From the NCBI GenBank assembly GCA_958448705.1, contig CAUDEY010000009.1, forward strand, positions 3,010 through 67,009: DNA of 64,000 nucleotides, read 5' to 3'. Each line of letters begins with the position of its first letter. The first letter of the stretch is position 1. A program made the position numbers and the translations under genes. Under the pieces are notes generated by a model that saw only the letters and a program-made list of their open reading frames with translations, did not search any database and was not told where the DNA came from. Source of the DNA: an uncultured Clostridia bacterium (GTDB lineage Bacteria; Bacillota; Clostridia; Christensenellales; QALW01). Below are positions 17,745-28,136 of the stretch, piece by piece.

Positions 17745-18542
17745 TTATTCCAGTGAGGTGTAAAAATTGATATATTCGCCCACCAGAGAAGCCGAAGCGT
17801 GCTTGAGTTTTTGTGCAAAAGCGTCGTCGGAGCTTTCGGGCATTTCGCCAAGGGCCGTATTTACGCAGGTGAACATCTCCTCCAGGACGGTTACCACGCG
17901 GTTTCCGCTCTCTAACGCCTTTAGCTGCTCCAGCTGCTTGGCGGTATCGTTGCGGCACAACTGAATCTGTGTGCAGGCCTGCAGGCGTGTTACGTCGCCC
18001 TTGTCGGCCTCCACGCACAGATCTACCATTTCCTTGACCGTGGTACGCAGGGAGGAAAAGGCCTGGGCAATCAGCTCGGCCTGTGCTTTGGTGCCGGTGA
18101 TTTTTACGGAGAGCTCGTCACCCTTTAGCGGAAAGACCGATACCTGGTCAAAGGAAGAGGAAAGTTTTTCCTTTACGCTTTCGGCCCATTCTTTATCGGT
18201 ATAGCAGGATGCCAGAACCGTAAAGCCGTCGGCCGTTTCCAGCACATAGCCGGCGCCGCCGCCGTCCTTCATTTTTTTTACGGTTTCCTCCGCGGATGCG
18301 GCATCCTGAAACTGCCCCGCGCCTACACCGTAGATTTCCAGTGCTTCGATCTTTACGGTATTGGTCACAATGCGCTCATCCTTGGCCACATTGAGATTCA
18401 TAACCGGCTGTATTACTTTTTCGGCAATGAATTTACCGATGGAATTTACGCTGAATACGATGACGGCAAACACGGCGATGATCAGCAGCGCCGTCAGATT
18501 TTTTTTCATTTCTCTCTTTTTCATGCGTTGGGATGTTCCCAT
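17745..18542 (-). CDS. membrane-anchored SPOR-like domain protein
   Basis: ATG at 18542 follows a GAGGTGA RBS. It has one TM segment. The block GVGAGQFQDAASAEETVKKMKDGGGAGYVLETADGFTVLASCYTDKEWAESV fits the SPOR repeat pattern. Confidence 0.55.
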   Translation of the reverse strand: MGTSQRMKKREMKKNLTALLIIAVFAVIVFSVNSIGKFIAEKVIQPVMNLNVAKDERIVTNTVKIEALEIYGVGAGQFQDAASAEETVKKMKDGGGAGYVLETADGFTVLASCYTDKEWAESVKEKLSSSFDQVSVFPLKGDELSVKITGTKAQAELIAQAFSSLRTTVKEMVDLCVEADKGDVTRLQACTQIQLCRNDTAKQLEQLKALESGNRVVTVLEEMFTCVNTALGEMPESSDDAFAQKLKHASASLVGEYINFYTSLE

Positions 18543-18730
18543 TTTTATCACCTCAATGGATAGTATGCAGGGGAATTTGAATTTATACGCCTTGTCCGCA
18601 CAGAAAAATATATTTTGTTTAAAAAATCTGCGCGGTATATTTTGCAAGACGAAAGCGTAGAACGTAGTATGGAGGGGATCGCCCCCGAAAACGCTTCTTT
18701 CTTTTTATAGGAAAAACACGGTATTTTTGC

Positions 18731-18759
18731 TTGTCAATCCCTTTATGGTATGCTACAAT
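18731..18759 (+). promoter_or_regulatory. putative promoter of typA
   Basis: TTGTCA, a 17-nt spacer, then TACAAT. Confidence 0.5.
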
Positions 18760-18898
18760 ATACACATATATTTTTTGAAGGCTTTACTATAAAACATTGC
18801 ATTTTATGTAATGTTAAGTTTGTGTTCTCGAAAATATACTGCCTGTATGCTGCTTTTTGCAGCGGGTAAGGAAAAATACTGCAAAAGAGGTACTTGTT

Positions 18899-20731
18899 TT
18901 GAAACGAGAGGATATCAGAAATATCGCCATTATTGCCCATGTAGACCACGGAAAGACCACGCTGGTGGATGAGATGCTGAAGCAAAGCGGCATTTTCAGG
19001 GAAAACCAGCAGCTGCAGGAGCGTATGATGGATTCAGGGGATATCGAGCGTGAGCGCGGAATTACTATTTTATCTAAAAATACGTCGATACGCTATAAAG
19101 ATACAAAAATAAACGTGGTGGATACGCCCGGGCACGCCGATTTCGGCGGCGAGGTGGAGCGTGTGCTGAAAATGACCAGCGGCGTGCTGCTGTTGGTAGA
19201 TTCCTTTGAAGGCCCGATGCCGCAGACGCGGTTTGTGCTTTCCAAAGCGCTGGAGCTGGGGCTGCGCGTGATTGTGGTCATCAATAAGATGGACCGTCCC
19301 GATGCCCGCCCCGACGGCGTTGCCGATGAGGTGCTGGATTTATTTATTGAACTGGGCGCCGATGATTCTCAGCTGGACTGCCCCTTTATCTATGCCTCCG
19401 GCCGGGAGGGTACCGCTTCGCTGGACCCCATGGTTCCGGGCACGGATATGACGCCGCTTTTAGATGCGATTTTGGAATATGTGCCCTGTCCGGAGGGAGA
19501 TCCGGCACAGCCGGCGCAGATGCTGATTTCTACCATTGACTATAACGAATACGTAGGCCGCATCGGAATCGGAAAAATCGAGCGCGGCACCATAAAAACG
19601 GGGGATATGGTTTCCCTTTGTACTTTTGGCAGCGAAGGCGTGCGGAGCAATGTGCGCGTGACCAGCCTTTCGGTGTTTGAGGGGCTTAAGCGCGTCAATG
19701 TGGAAGAGGCCTCCGCCGGGGAAATCGTCGCCGTCAGCGGCGTTGCCGATATCAATATCGGCGATACGCTCTGCAGACCCGACGCGGTAGAGCCGCTGCC
19801 CTTTGTAAAGATTACCGAGCCCACTGTCAGCATGACGTTCTCGGTAAACGATTCGCCCTTTGCCGGCAAGGAGGGGAAATATCTTACCAGCCGCCACCTG
19901 CGCGCCCGGCTGTACCGGGAAATAGAAACCGATGTTTCCCTGCGCGTGGAGGATACGGATTCGGCCGACAGCTTTAAGGTTTCCGGCCGGGGAGAGCTGC
20001 ATCTTTCCATTTTGATAGAAAATATGCGCCGCCAGGGGTATGAGCTGCAGGTCAGCAAGCCGGAGGTGCTGCTGAAAACGATAGACGGCAAACTCTGTGA
20101 GCCGATGGAGCGTGTAATCATCGATGTTCCCGACGCCTATTCCGGTACGGTGATCCAGCATATGGGCACCAATCATGGAGAAATGGTGAACATGTTCTCT
20201 TTAAGCGCTGTCATGCGGCGTATGGAGTTTCTTGTTCCGGCGCGGGGACTGTTCGGTTACCGGAGCACGTTTTTGACCGATACCCACGGGGAAGGTGTGA
20301 TGAATTCGGTATTTGACGGCTATGCGCCCTATAAGGGGGAGCTGCCCGGCAGAAAAAACGGATCTTTAATTGCCTTTGAAACAGGCGAATCTATTACCTA
20401 CGGACTGTTTAACGCCCAGGAGCGCGGAACACTGTTCATCGGTCCGGGAGAGCAGGTCTACAGCGGGATGATCGTAGGGGAAAGCTCCCGGCCGGAGGAT
20501 ATTGAGGTCAATGTATGCAAACGCAAGAATATGACCAATTCCCGTTCGGCCGGATCGGACGACGCGCTGCATTTGATTCCGCCCAAGCGCATGAGCTTGG
20601 AACAGGCGCTGGAATATTTGGGTGAGGATGAATTGGCCGAGGTTACTCCGGCGAATATACGGATACGGAAAAAAATATTGGATCCTACCGCCAGATACCG
20701 TGCCGCAAAGATGGCAAACCGTCAAAACTGA
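18899..20731 (+). CDS. typA: translational GTPase TypA/BipA
   Basis: [33 protein letters not shown] and NKMDR. The protein is ~610 aa. The TTG at 18899, 8 nt after AAGAGG, is preferred over the ORF-track start at 18857. Confidence 0.9.
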   Translation: MKREDIRNIAIIAHVDHGKTTLVDEMLKQSGIFRENQQLQERMMDSGDIERERGITILSKNTSIRYKDTKINVVDTPGHADFGGEVERVLKMTSGVLLLVDSFEGPMPQTRFVLSKALELGLRVIVVINKMDRPDARPDGVADEVLDLFIELGADDSQLDCPFIYASGREGTASLDPMVPGTDMTPLLDAILEYVPCPEGDPAQPAQMLISTIDYNEYVGRIGIGKIERGTIKTGDMVSLCTFGSEGVRSNVRVTSLSVFEGLKRVNVEEASAGEIVAVSGVADINIGDTLCRPDAVEPLPFVKITEPTVSMTFSVNDSPFAGKEGKYLTSRHLRARLYREIETDVSLRVEDTDSADSFKVSGRGELHLSILIENMRRQGYELQVSKPEVLLKTIDGKLCEPMERVIIDVPDAYSGTVIQHMGTNHGEMVNMFSLSAVMRRMEFLVPARGLFGYRSTFLTDTHGEGVMNSVFDGYAPYKGELPGRKNGSLIAFETGESITYGLFNAQERGTLFIGPGEQVYSGMIVGESSRPEDIEVNVCKRKNMTNSRSAGSDDALHLIPPKRMSLEQALEYLGEDELAEVTPANIRIRKKILDPTARYRAAKMANRQN

Positions 20732-20746
20732 CAGGAGGCGCTTTGA

Positions 20747-21928
20747 TTGAAGAGCGAAAAACGTTTCTGGGCGATCGTAGCCCTGGTGTTTGTGGCCATT
20801 TTGGTTTGGCAGATTTTTGCCGGTATCATGCCGGCGCTGCAAAGAGGCGTTGCCGCGCTTACGCCGTTTTTGATTGCCTTTGCCACGGCATATCTGCTGC
20901 GGCATCCGGTTATATGGCTGGAGAGGCTGCTGGTAATTATCAGTAAAAGAAAAACGCATAAATGGCAGCATGCAGCAGCCTGCGCAATGGTGCTCATTCT
21001 GTTTTTAGGCCTGGCCGGGCTGCTGGTAGCCGTTATCGTGCCGAACGTTATTAACAATATCACGGATTTAGTGATTCGTCTGCCGGAATACATCAATACC
21101 TTTACCGCATTTCTCAGCCAGCAGATCGAGGCGCTGTCTCAGTGGCTGGATATTGACGTGAACGGCTATGTGGTGTCGGTGCTGCAATCGGCGGCAGAGA
21201 AGGCCAAAGATTCCGCCGAGGCTTTTGCGGGAGCGTTCCAGCTGTTTTCCGCAGCGACGGGAATCGTATCCTCAACGATAAGCTTTCTTTTTGACGCGGT
21301 GATTTATATCATCGCCACCTTCTGCCTGTTGTATGACTATAACAAGATCAAACGCTCTGTGAAGCGTCTGCTGCGGGTGTTCGTACGGGATAATGCTCAT
21401 TATAATAATGTCTGCGCCGTATGCCATGAAAGCGACGTGATCATAGAAAAATATATTGTGGTAAGGCTTTCTACCTCGCTGGGATTAGGCATTGTAAGCT
21501 ATATTGGCTTTTTGATTTTAGGGCTGCCGTATGCCATTCTTTTGGCCACGGTGATCGCCATTACAAACCTGGTTCCCTATATCGGCCCCATCGTGGGCGC
21601 CGTACCGCCGATTTTAATTGCGCTGACGGCCGGCGATACGCGCCTGGCAATAGGGACGGCGGTATTTATTATCATCTGTCAGCAGATCGAAGGCAATATT
21701 TTAACGCCGCTGCTTACCGGTGACGCGCTGCAGGTCAGCCCGCTTTTGCTGCTTGTGGGCATTGCGGTGTTCGGCGCGATGATGGGGATTCCCGGCATGA
21801 TTCTGGGCGCACCGATTGTGGCTATTCTGGCCGGTATTGCCCGCAAGGCGATGAACGCCGCGGAGCAGGCGGCGAAACATAACGAACAATACAAAAATGC
21901 GGAGGAACAAAACGATGCAGTTAAGTAA
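20747..21928 (+). CDS. AI-2E family transporter (PerM/UPF0118)
   Basis: Eight-TM profile with the conserved C-terminal region NLVPYIGPIVGAVP...QQIEGNILTPLL. TTG start 9 nt after AGGAGG. Confidence 0.8.
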   Translation: MKSEKRFWAIVALVFVAILVWQIFAGIMPALQRGVAALTPFLIAFATAYLLRHPVIWLERLLVIISKRKTHKWQHAAACAMVLILFLGLAGLLVAVIVPNVINNITDLVIRLPEYINTFTAFLSQQIEALSQWLDIDVNGYVVSVLQSAAEKAKDSAEAFAGAFQLFSAATGIVSSTISFLFDAVIYIIATFCLLYDYNKIKRSVKRLLRVFVRDNAHYNNVCAVCHESDVIIEKYIVVRLSTSLGLGIVSYIGFLILGLPYAILLATVIAITNLVPYIGPIVGAVPPILIALTAGDTRLAIGTAVFIIICQQIEGNILTPLLTGDALQVSPLLLLVGIAVFGAMMGIPGMILGAPIVAILAGIARKAMNAAEQAAKHNEQYKNAEEQNDAVK

Positions 21929-23105
21929 AACATGTGAAGGTATTCAAAGCTCGGTAACGCTGGCTATCGACGCAAAAGCCAAGGCGATGCGTGCCGAAGG
22001 CAAGGATGTGGTGAGCTTTGGCGCAGGGGAACCCGATTTTGCGACGCCGGCCTATATCGTGGATGCGGCGATTGCCGCCCTGAGGGACGGCCAGACAAAA
22101 TATACAGCCGCCGCGGGAATGCCGCAGCTGCGCCAGGCTATTTGTGCGTTTACAAAGAAGAATATCGGGGTGGAGTATACCTTTGATCAGGTAGTAGTCA
22201 GCAACGGCGCCAAGCAGGCGCTGTTCAACGCACTGCAGGCGGTATGCAATCCGGGAGATGAGGTGCTTTTGTTTGCCCCGTATTGGGTCAGCTATCCGGA
22301 GCTGATTAAAATGGCCGGCGCCAAACCGGTGTTTGTACCGACGGTTGAAGAAGAAGGCTTTGCCATCGATTTTACCGCGCTGGAAAATGCGGTGACAGAG
22401 CATACCAAGGCAATTATTTTAAACAGTCCCTCGAATCCTTCGGGTGCGGTGCTTTCGGAAAAAGAAGTGCGCACGATCGCCGCGCTGGCAATCAAAAAAG
22501 ATTTTATCATTATTTCCGATGAGATCTATGACGCGCTGGTCTACGACGGTGCGAAGCATTTTTCTCCTGCGAGCATTCCGGAGGCAAGGGATCGGGTGAT
22601 CCTTATCAACGGTATGTCCAAGGCCTATGCGATGACTGGCTGGCGCATGGGATATTCCATCAGCAATCCAACAATCGCTAAAATGATCGGCAGCTATCAG
22701 AGCCATGCCACGGGCAATCCCAATACCGTAGCACAGTATTCCACCCTTGCGGCTATTACCAGCGAGAACCCGGAATTCAGCGCTATGCTGGAGGAATTCC
22801 GCCGGCGCAGAAATTATATGGTAGAAACGGTGAACGCCATAGAAGGTCTGCACGCACAGATGCCCGCGGGCGCATTTTACGTCATGGTCTGCATCAAGGA
22901 TATAATCGGCAGGGAATATAACGGCAAAAAAATCAGCGGATCCATGGACTTTGCCGAATATCTGCTGGATGCGCAGATGACGGCGGTAGTTCCGGGGCTG
23001 CCCTTCGGTGCCGACGGATATATCCGCCTTTCCTATGCGACAAGCATGGAGACGATCCAAAAGGGCCTGAAAAGAATTCGTGATTTTGTGAAAGGATTAA
23101 AGTGA
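21915..23105 (+). CDS. pyridoxal-phosphate-dependent aminotransferase (aspartate aminotransferase class I)
   Basis: FGAGEPDFATP, NSPSNPSGAV, the PLP Lys in NGMSKAYAMTGWRMGY, and IRLSYA. ATG at 21915 lies 8 nt after GGAGGA. Confidence 0.9.
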   Translation: MQLSKTCEGIQSSVTLAIDAKAKAMRAEGKDVVSFGAGEPDFATPAYIVDAAIAALRDGQTKYTAAAGMPQLRQAICAFTKKNIGVEYTFDQVVVSNGAKQALFNALQAVCNPGDEVLLFAPYWVSYPELIKMAGAKPVFVPTVEEEGFAIDFTALENAVTEHTKAIILNSPSNPSGAVLSEKEVRTIAALAIKKDFIIISDEIYDALVYDGAKHFSPASIPEARDRVILINGMSKAYAMTGWRMGYSISNPTIAKMIGSYQSHATGNPNTVAQYSTLAAITSENPEFSAMLEEFRRRRNYMVETVNAIEGLHAQMPAGAFYVMVCIKDIIGREYNGKKISGSMDFAEYLLDAQMTAVVPGLPFGADGYIRLSYATSMETIQKGLKRIRDFVKGLK

Positions 23106-24517
23106 TGTTAAAGTTAGATAAGCATACCAATCATTTGACCGAAAATATTTATCACTATACCCTGCAGGATGTGCCGGAACCCGAGCTGTACCGCGCCCTG
23201 TATGATTATAAATCGATTCCCAAGGTGGCCTTTAACGAGCGCCATGTGCCGATGATTACCCCCAGCGAGCTGTGGATTACCGATACCACGTTCCGCGACG
23301 GGCAGCAGTCTACCTCGCCGTTTACGGCGGAACAGATTGTAGAAATCTATAAAATGCTCAGCCGCCTCAGCGGTGAGAACGGTATTATCCGCCAGAGCGA
23401 GTTCTTCCTTTACAGCGAAAAAGACCGGGCCGCTGTGGAAAAGTGCCAGGATTTAGGGCTGCGTTTTCCGGAGGTGACCAGCTGGATCCGGGCCAACCCC
23501 AAGGACTTTGAACTGGTAAAGGCTATGGGGCTCAGGGAAACGGGCATTTTGGTCAGCTGTTCGGACTACCATATCTTTAAAAAAATGAATCTGACCCGCT
23601 CGGGTGCGCTGGAGAAGTATCTTTCTATTGTCAAGGCGGCCTTGGAGCAGGGCATTGTTCCCCGGTGTCATTTTGAGGATATTACCCGGGCGGATTTCTA
23701 TGGTTTTGTGGTGCCTTTTGCCACGGAGCTGATGAAGCTGAGTCAGGAGAGCGGCATTCCCATAAAAATCCGCGCCTGCGATACGATGGGCTTTGGCGTG
23801 TCCTATCCCGGCGCGTCGATTCCCCGCAGCGTGCAGGGGATCATTTACGGCCTGAACCATTACGCAGGCGTGCCCAGCGCTCAGCTGGAATGGCACGGGC
23901 ATAACGATTTTTACAAGGTAGTCAGCAATGCGGCTACGGCCTGGCTTTACGGCTGCAGCAGCGTGAACTGCTCCCTTTTGGGAATCGGCGAGCGAACGGG
24001 CAACTGCCCCTTAGAGGCCATGGCTATTGAGTATGCTTCCCTGCGGGGAACTACCGACGGCATGGACCTTTCGGTGATTACCGAAATCGCACAGTTTTTT
24101 GAAAATGAGCTGGGCTATGAAATTCCGGCCAATACGCCGTTTGTGGGCCGCAACTTCAACGCTACGCGGGCGGGAATCCATGCTGACGGCATGCTTAAGG
24201 ATGAGGAGATTTATAACATCTTTGATACCAAGGAAATCTTAAACCGTCCGGCGATGGTAATCGTTGATGCGCATTCGGGTCTGGCGGGGATTGCCTATTG
24301 GGTGAACGGCTATTATCACTTAAGCGGTGAAATAGCGGTGGATAAGCGCGATGATATTGTGATAAAGATGAAAGAGCTGGTCGATAAAGAATATGCCGCC
24401 GGACGCAATACCGCCATGGGCGATGTGGAGCTGGACGGCATGCTGAAAGCGCTGGACAAGGATATCCATGCCGCATTTGAGCATCACTATTTGGCGGCAA
24501 AGTTATTGAAAAAATAG
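23102..24517 (+). CDS. HMGL-like homocitrate/isopropylmalate synthase-family enzyme, probable Re-citrate synthase
   Basis: DTTFRDGQQ and HGHNDF motifs of the DRE-TIM metallolyase fold, length ~470 aa. In Clostridia this clade includes Re-face citrate synthase. The specific activity is an inference. Confidence 0.7.
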   Translation: MMLKLDKHTNHLTENIYHYTLQDVPEPELYRALYDYKSIPKVAFNERHVPMITPSELWITDTTFRDGQQSTSPFTAEQIVEIYKMLSRLSGENGIIRQSEFFLYSEKDRAAVEKCQDLGLRFPEVTSWIRANPKDFELVKAMGLRETGILVSCSDYHIFKKMNLTRSGALEKYLSIVKAALEQGIVPRCHFEDITRADFYGFVVPFATELMKLSQESGIPIKIRACDTMGFGVSYPGASIPRSVQGIIYGLNHYAGVPSAQLEWHGHNDFYKVVSNAATAWLYGCSSVNCSLLGIGERTGNCPLEAMAIEYASLRGTTDGMDLSVITEIAQFFENELGYEIPANTPFVGRNFNATRAGIHADGMLKDEEIYNIFDTKEILNRPAMVIVDAHSGLAGIAYWVNGYYHLSGEIAVDKRDDIVIKMKELVDKEYAAGRNTAMGDVELDGMLKALDKDIHAAFEHHYLAAKLLKK

Positions 24518-24540
24518 TTTTTGATAAATTTTATCAAAAA
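24518..24540. promoter_or_regulatory. perfect 11-bp inverted repeat (AT-rich palindrome; operator or weak terminator)
   Basis: TTTTTGATAAA-t-TTTATCAAAAA, immediately after the stop codon at 24515-24517. Confidence 0.4.
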
Positions 24541-24602
24541 TCTATGGAAATTTCACCCGGAATGGTTTATAATACAGGTATAACATTGAAGGAGGTTTTT
24601 CT

Positions 24603-25016
24603 ATGATCAAAATCATTTACGGAAAAAAAGGAGCAGGCAAAACGAAAAAGATTATCGAAAGCGCAAATATCGCTTCGGAAACCTGCAAGGGCAATGTAGC
24701 CTTCCTCTTTAACAGCAAACGGTATATCTGCGACCTGAAGCATCAGGTTCGCTTTATTGATACCAATGAATACGGCGTAAAGGGCGCGTATTTGTTTTTA
24801 GGCTTTATCAGCGGTCTGATCGCTTCTAACTTTGACCTGGAAAAAATTTATGTGGATGGTTTTTTAAAGCATATGGATCGGCCTATTGAGGAACTGGAGG
24901 ATCTGTTCATTCGCCTGAAACCTCTTTGTGAAATGCACCGGGTGGAGCTCATTCTTTCGGTAAGCGCCGATAAGGATGAAATCCCGGCGTTTATGCAGGA
25001 ATTTTTAGCAGATTAA
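24603..25016 (+). CDS. hypothetical 137-aa mini P-loop protein
   Basis: Walker A motif GKKGAGKT at residues 7-14 and a Walker-B-like KIYVDGF. GGAGG RBS. No further recognisable family. Confidence 0.6.
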   Translation: MIKIIYGKKGAGKTKKIIESANIASETCKGNVAFLFNSKRYICDLKHQVRFIDTNEYGVKGAYLFLGFISGLIASNFDLEKIYVDGFLKHMDRPIEELEDLFIRLKPLCEMHRVELILSVSADKDEIPAFMQEFLAD

Positions 25017-25025
25017 GGTAGCGTT

Positions 25026-26513
25026 ATGAAATATACTTCCACCAGGGATTCGTCCCTTTCGTATTCGGCGGCGAAATGCTTTGTTCAGGGGATTTCCGCC
25101 GAGGGCGGACTGTTTGTTCCCCAAAATTTTCCCTCAATGACCCTGCAGGACATTTCCGCTATGGCGGAAATGTCCTATTCGCAAAGGGCGTATGCCGTGC
25201 TCTCGCGTTTTTTGACGGATTTTTCCCCCGATGAGCTGGAGGACTGTATCCGCGGCGCTTACGGTAAAAAGTTTGACCGTCCCGATATTGCGCCGCTGCA
25301 TGAGCTGGATGCGCGTACGGCCGTGCTGGAACTGTTTCACGGGCCTACTCTTGCTTTTAAAGATGTGGCGCTGCAGATTTTGCCGCGCTTTTTAAAATAC
25401 GCAAAGGCCAAGGAGGGAGAACCGTGCGATATTCTGATTCTTGTGGCTACCTCCGGCGATACGGGCAAAGCCGCGCTTGAAGGCTTTTGCGATGTGGACG
25501 GCATGCGCATCGCGGTGTTTTTCCCGAATGAGGGCGTCAGCCGTATGCAGCAGCTGCAAATGACCACCCAAGAGGGCGGCAATGTATTCGTATGCGCCGT
25601 CAACGGTAATTTTGACGATGCGCAGACCGGTGTAAAAAGAATTTTTGCCGACGCGCAGGTAAAGGAGAAGCTTTTGCAAAACGGGGTAAAGCTTTCCAGC
25701 GCCAATTCCATCAACTGGGGCCGGCTTGTGCCGCAGATCGTCTATTACTTCAGCGCCTATGCCGATTGGCTGAAGCAGGGGCGCATCCAGGCAGGCGAAA
25801 AAATCAATTTTGTGGTTCCCACCGGAAATTTCGGGGATATTTTGGCGGGCTATTATGCCATGCGTATGGGCCTGCCGGTGCATAAGCTGGTTTGTGCCTC
25901 CAATAAAAACAATGTGCTTACCGAGTTCTTTGCAGGCGGCACCTATAACGCCAACCGTACGTTTTATAAAACTATGTCGCCTTCTATGGATATTTTGATT
26001 TCCAGCAATTTGGAACGGCTTTTGTTTGAGTTGTCCGGCCGGGACGATGCGGCTGTAAGCGCGATGATGGCGCAGCTGAAGCAGAAGGGAGAATATTCTG
26101 TTTCTGCGCAAATGCAGGAGGCGTTAAAGCAAAGCTTCGCCGCCGGCTGCGCCGATGAGGAGGAAACACAGGCGGCGATTGCACGGCTATGGAAAGAGAA
26201 AAACTACTGTATAGATACCCATACGGCTGTGGCGGTGAGTGTATATGAAAAATATAAGGAAGCCTCCGGCGACGGTACGCCTACGGTTATCCTTTCCACG
26301 GCAAGCCCGTATAAGTTCCCCCGCGCGGTGCTTACCGCCATTTCCGGCAGTGCTCCGGAGGATGAGTTTGCGGCGGCCGCTGTTTTAGAAGCAATGGGCG
26401 TTCCGATGCCTGCCCAGATTGCCGGGTTAAAGGAAAAACCGGTGCTGCACCGCGGCGTTTGCGAGAAAGACGCGATGGCGCAGGAAATTTTTAAAATAGG
26501 AGACAAAAGATGA
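25026..26513 (+). CDS. thrC: threonine synthase
   Basis: MKYTSTRD...GGLFVP, FHGPTLAFKD (PLP Lys), ATSGDTGKA. About 495 aa. Confidence 0.9.
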   Translation: MKYTSTRDSSLSYSAAKCFVQGISAEGGLFVPQNFPSMTLQDISAMAEMSYSQRAYAVLSRFLTDFSPDELEDCIRGAYGKKFDRPDIAPLHELDARTAVLELFHGPTLAFKDVALQILPRFLKYAKAKEGEPCDILILVATSGDTGKAALEGFCDVDGMRIAVFFPNEGVSRMQQLQMTTQEGGNVFVCAVNGNFDDAQTGVKRIFADAQVKEKLLQNGVKLSSANSINWGRLVPQIVYYFSAYADWLKQGRIQAGEKINFVVPTGNFGDILAGYYAMRMGLPVHKLVCASNKNNVLTEFFAGGTYNANRTFYKTMSPSMDILISSNLERLLFELSGRDDAAVSAMMAQLKQKGEYSVSAQMQEALKQSFAAGCADEEETQAAIARLWKEKNYCIDTHTAVAVSVYEKYKEASGDGTPTVILSTASPYKFPRAVLTAISGSAPEDEFAAAAVLEAMGVPMPAQIAGLKEKPVLHRGVCEKDAMAQEIFKIGDKR

Positions 26514-27517
26514 CGGACGATAAAAAGGTGATTTTTTCGGGTATACAGCCTTCGGGATGTGTGACCATCGGCAATTATTTAGGCGCGCTGCGTTCCTGGA
26601 AGCAGCTGCAGGAGGAATATCACTGCTATTACTGCGTGGTGGATTTGCATGCGATTACGGTTCGGCAGGAGCCTGCGGAGCTGAGAAGGCGCTGTATTGA
26701 ACTGTATGCCGAGTATATTGCCTGCGGCCTTGACCCGGAAAAGAATGTGATGTTTTTTCAATCGCATGTGCCGGCACACAGCGAGCTTTCCTGGCTGCTG
26801 ACCTGCAATTCCTATATGGGCGAAATGAGCCGGATGACGCAGTTTAAGGAAAAGAGCAAAAAAGCCGGAGCCAATGTCGGGCTTGGGCTGTTGTGCTATC
26901 CGGTATTGATGGCGGCGGATATTCTGTTATATAATGCGGATTTAGTTCCGGTGGGCGAAGATCAAAAGCAGCATCTGGAGCTGGCAAGAGATCTTGCGAT
27001 TCGCTTCAACAGCGCCTACAGTGATACGTTCACCGTGCCGGAAGGGTATATTCCCAAAAACGGCGCACGGATTATGAGCCTTACGGATCCGACCAGTAAG
27101 ATGAGCAAAAGTGCGGAAAATCCCAATGCCTTTGTTTCTATTTTGGATACGCCGGATGTGGTGATGAAAAAATTTGCCCGCGCCGTAACGGATTCTGACA
27201 GTACGATTCTCCATGACGCGGCCAATAAACCCGGCGTAACGAACCTGATCGAGATCTATGCGGCTTGTACAGGCGAAGAGATTCCGGCCATTGAGGAAAC
27301 TTTTGCCGGGAAAGGCTACGGTGATTTTAAAAAAGCCGTAGGCGAGGCCGTAGTGGAAACCTTACGGCCGATTCAGGAGAATTTTAAGCGGATTATGGAA
27401 GATAAGGCCTATATTGAAAAATGCTATACCGAGGGCGCGCGTCAGGCCGCTTTTGCGGCAAATAAAACGTTGGCCAAGGTGCAGCGTAAAATGGGTCTTG
27501 CCCCGAAAAAATTGTAA
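26510..27517 (+). CDS. trpS: tryptophan--tRNA ligase
   Basis: FSGIQPSG..TIGNYLGA (HIGH-type region), GEDQKQHLEL and KMSKS. The ATGA start/stop overlap links it to thrC. Confidence 0.92.
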   Translation: MTDDKKVIFSGIQPSGCVTIGNYLGALRSWKQLQEEYHCYYCVVDLHAITVRQEPAELRRRCIELYAEYIACGLDPEKNVMFFQSHVPAHSELSWLLTCNSYMGEMSRMTQFKEKSKKAGANVGLGLLCYPVLMAADILLYNADLVPVGEDQKQHLELARDLAIRFNSAYSDTFTVPEGYIPKNGARIMSLTDPTSKMSKSAENPNAFVSILDTPDVVMKKFARAVTDSDSTILHDAANKPGVTNLIEIYAACTGEEIPAIEETFAGKGYGDFKKAVGEAVVETLRPIQENFKRIMEDKAYIEKCYTEGARQAAFAANKTLAKVQRKMGLAPKKL

Positions 27518-27520
27518 AAA

Positions 27521-27556
27521 ATCAGCCACAGCTGTTTTTGCTGTGGCTGATTTTGT
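27521..27556 (+). terminator. intrinsic terminator after trpS
   Basis: ATCAGCCACAGC-tgttttt-GCTGTGGCTGAT followed by TTTTG. Confidence 0.8.
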
Positions 27557-27810
27557 ACTGCTGCTTTTTGATGGGCTTGTTTTTGCAAAGGGATAATAGG
27601 CAAAATCGCCTGCAAACGTTGGAGGGAACAGCAGGGAAAACTGGAAAGAATTCCATTAGGGCCCGTTGCAGGAATGAAGATCTGCTGAAACGAGCGTTCT
27701 TCTGCCGGCGGAAGTTGAGGGGAATTTTTTATTAAGATGTATTGTAAAAATAGAGGCTGTAAAAACCTTTCGCTTCAAGGGAAGTGGGCTATGAAAGATT
27801 AAACCGCGCC

Positions 27811-27862
27811 AAGCCTGCCCTTAAAGCAGAAGGTGTCAAAACGCAAGTTTTGACGGAGGGAG
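27811..27862 (+). repeat. 52-nt palindromic repeat element (variant module), copy 1
   Basis: AAGCCTGCCCTTAAAGCAGAAGGTGTCAAAACGCAAGTTTTGACGGAGGGAG. It contains hairpin GTCAAAAC-GCAA-GTTTTGAC and matches 28085-28136 at 50 of 52 nt. Confidence 0.9.
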
Positions 27863-27954
27863 TGCGGCAGCCAAATTATGCGGCGCAGTTTATTTTCCTG
27901 CTTTCCCCGGTGTCCTTTCTCAGGTGTTACCGATAGGTTTGACGTTGCGCGATT

Positions 27955-28003
27955 CTCTCCCTCAGTCTCGCTTATGCTCGACGGCTCCTCATCAGAAGGC
28001 GCC
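27955..28003 (+). repeat. degenerate copy of the A module of the 6064-6760 repeat family
   Basis: CTCTCCCTCAGTCTCGCTTATGCTCGACGGCTCCTCATCAGAAGGCGCC aligns with CTCTCCCTCAGCCTCGCTGAAGCTCGGCAGCTCCCTCATCAGAGGGAGCC. Confidence 0.8.
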
Positions 28004-28084
28004 AAAAAAGATGCGGTATTATCTGCGGAAATAGAGTATAAAGCTGCGTTCTATTGATACTCCGAAACAGATCGCAAGAGCAAC

Positions 28085-28136
28085 AAGCCTTCCCTTGAAG
28101 CAGAAGGTGTCAAAACGCAAGTTTTGACGGAGGGAG
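28085..28136 (+). repeat. 52-nt palindromic repeat element (variant module), copy 2
   Basis: 50 of 52 nt are identical to 27811-27862, in direct orientation 274 bp apart. Confidence 0.9.
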
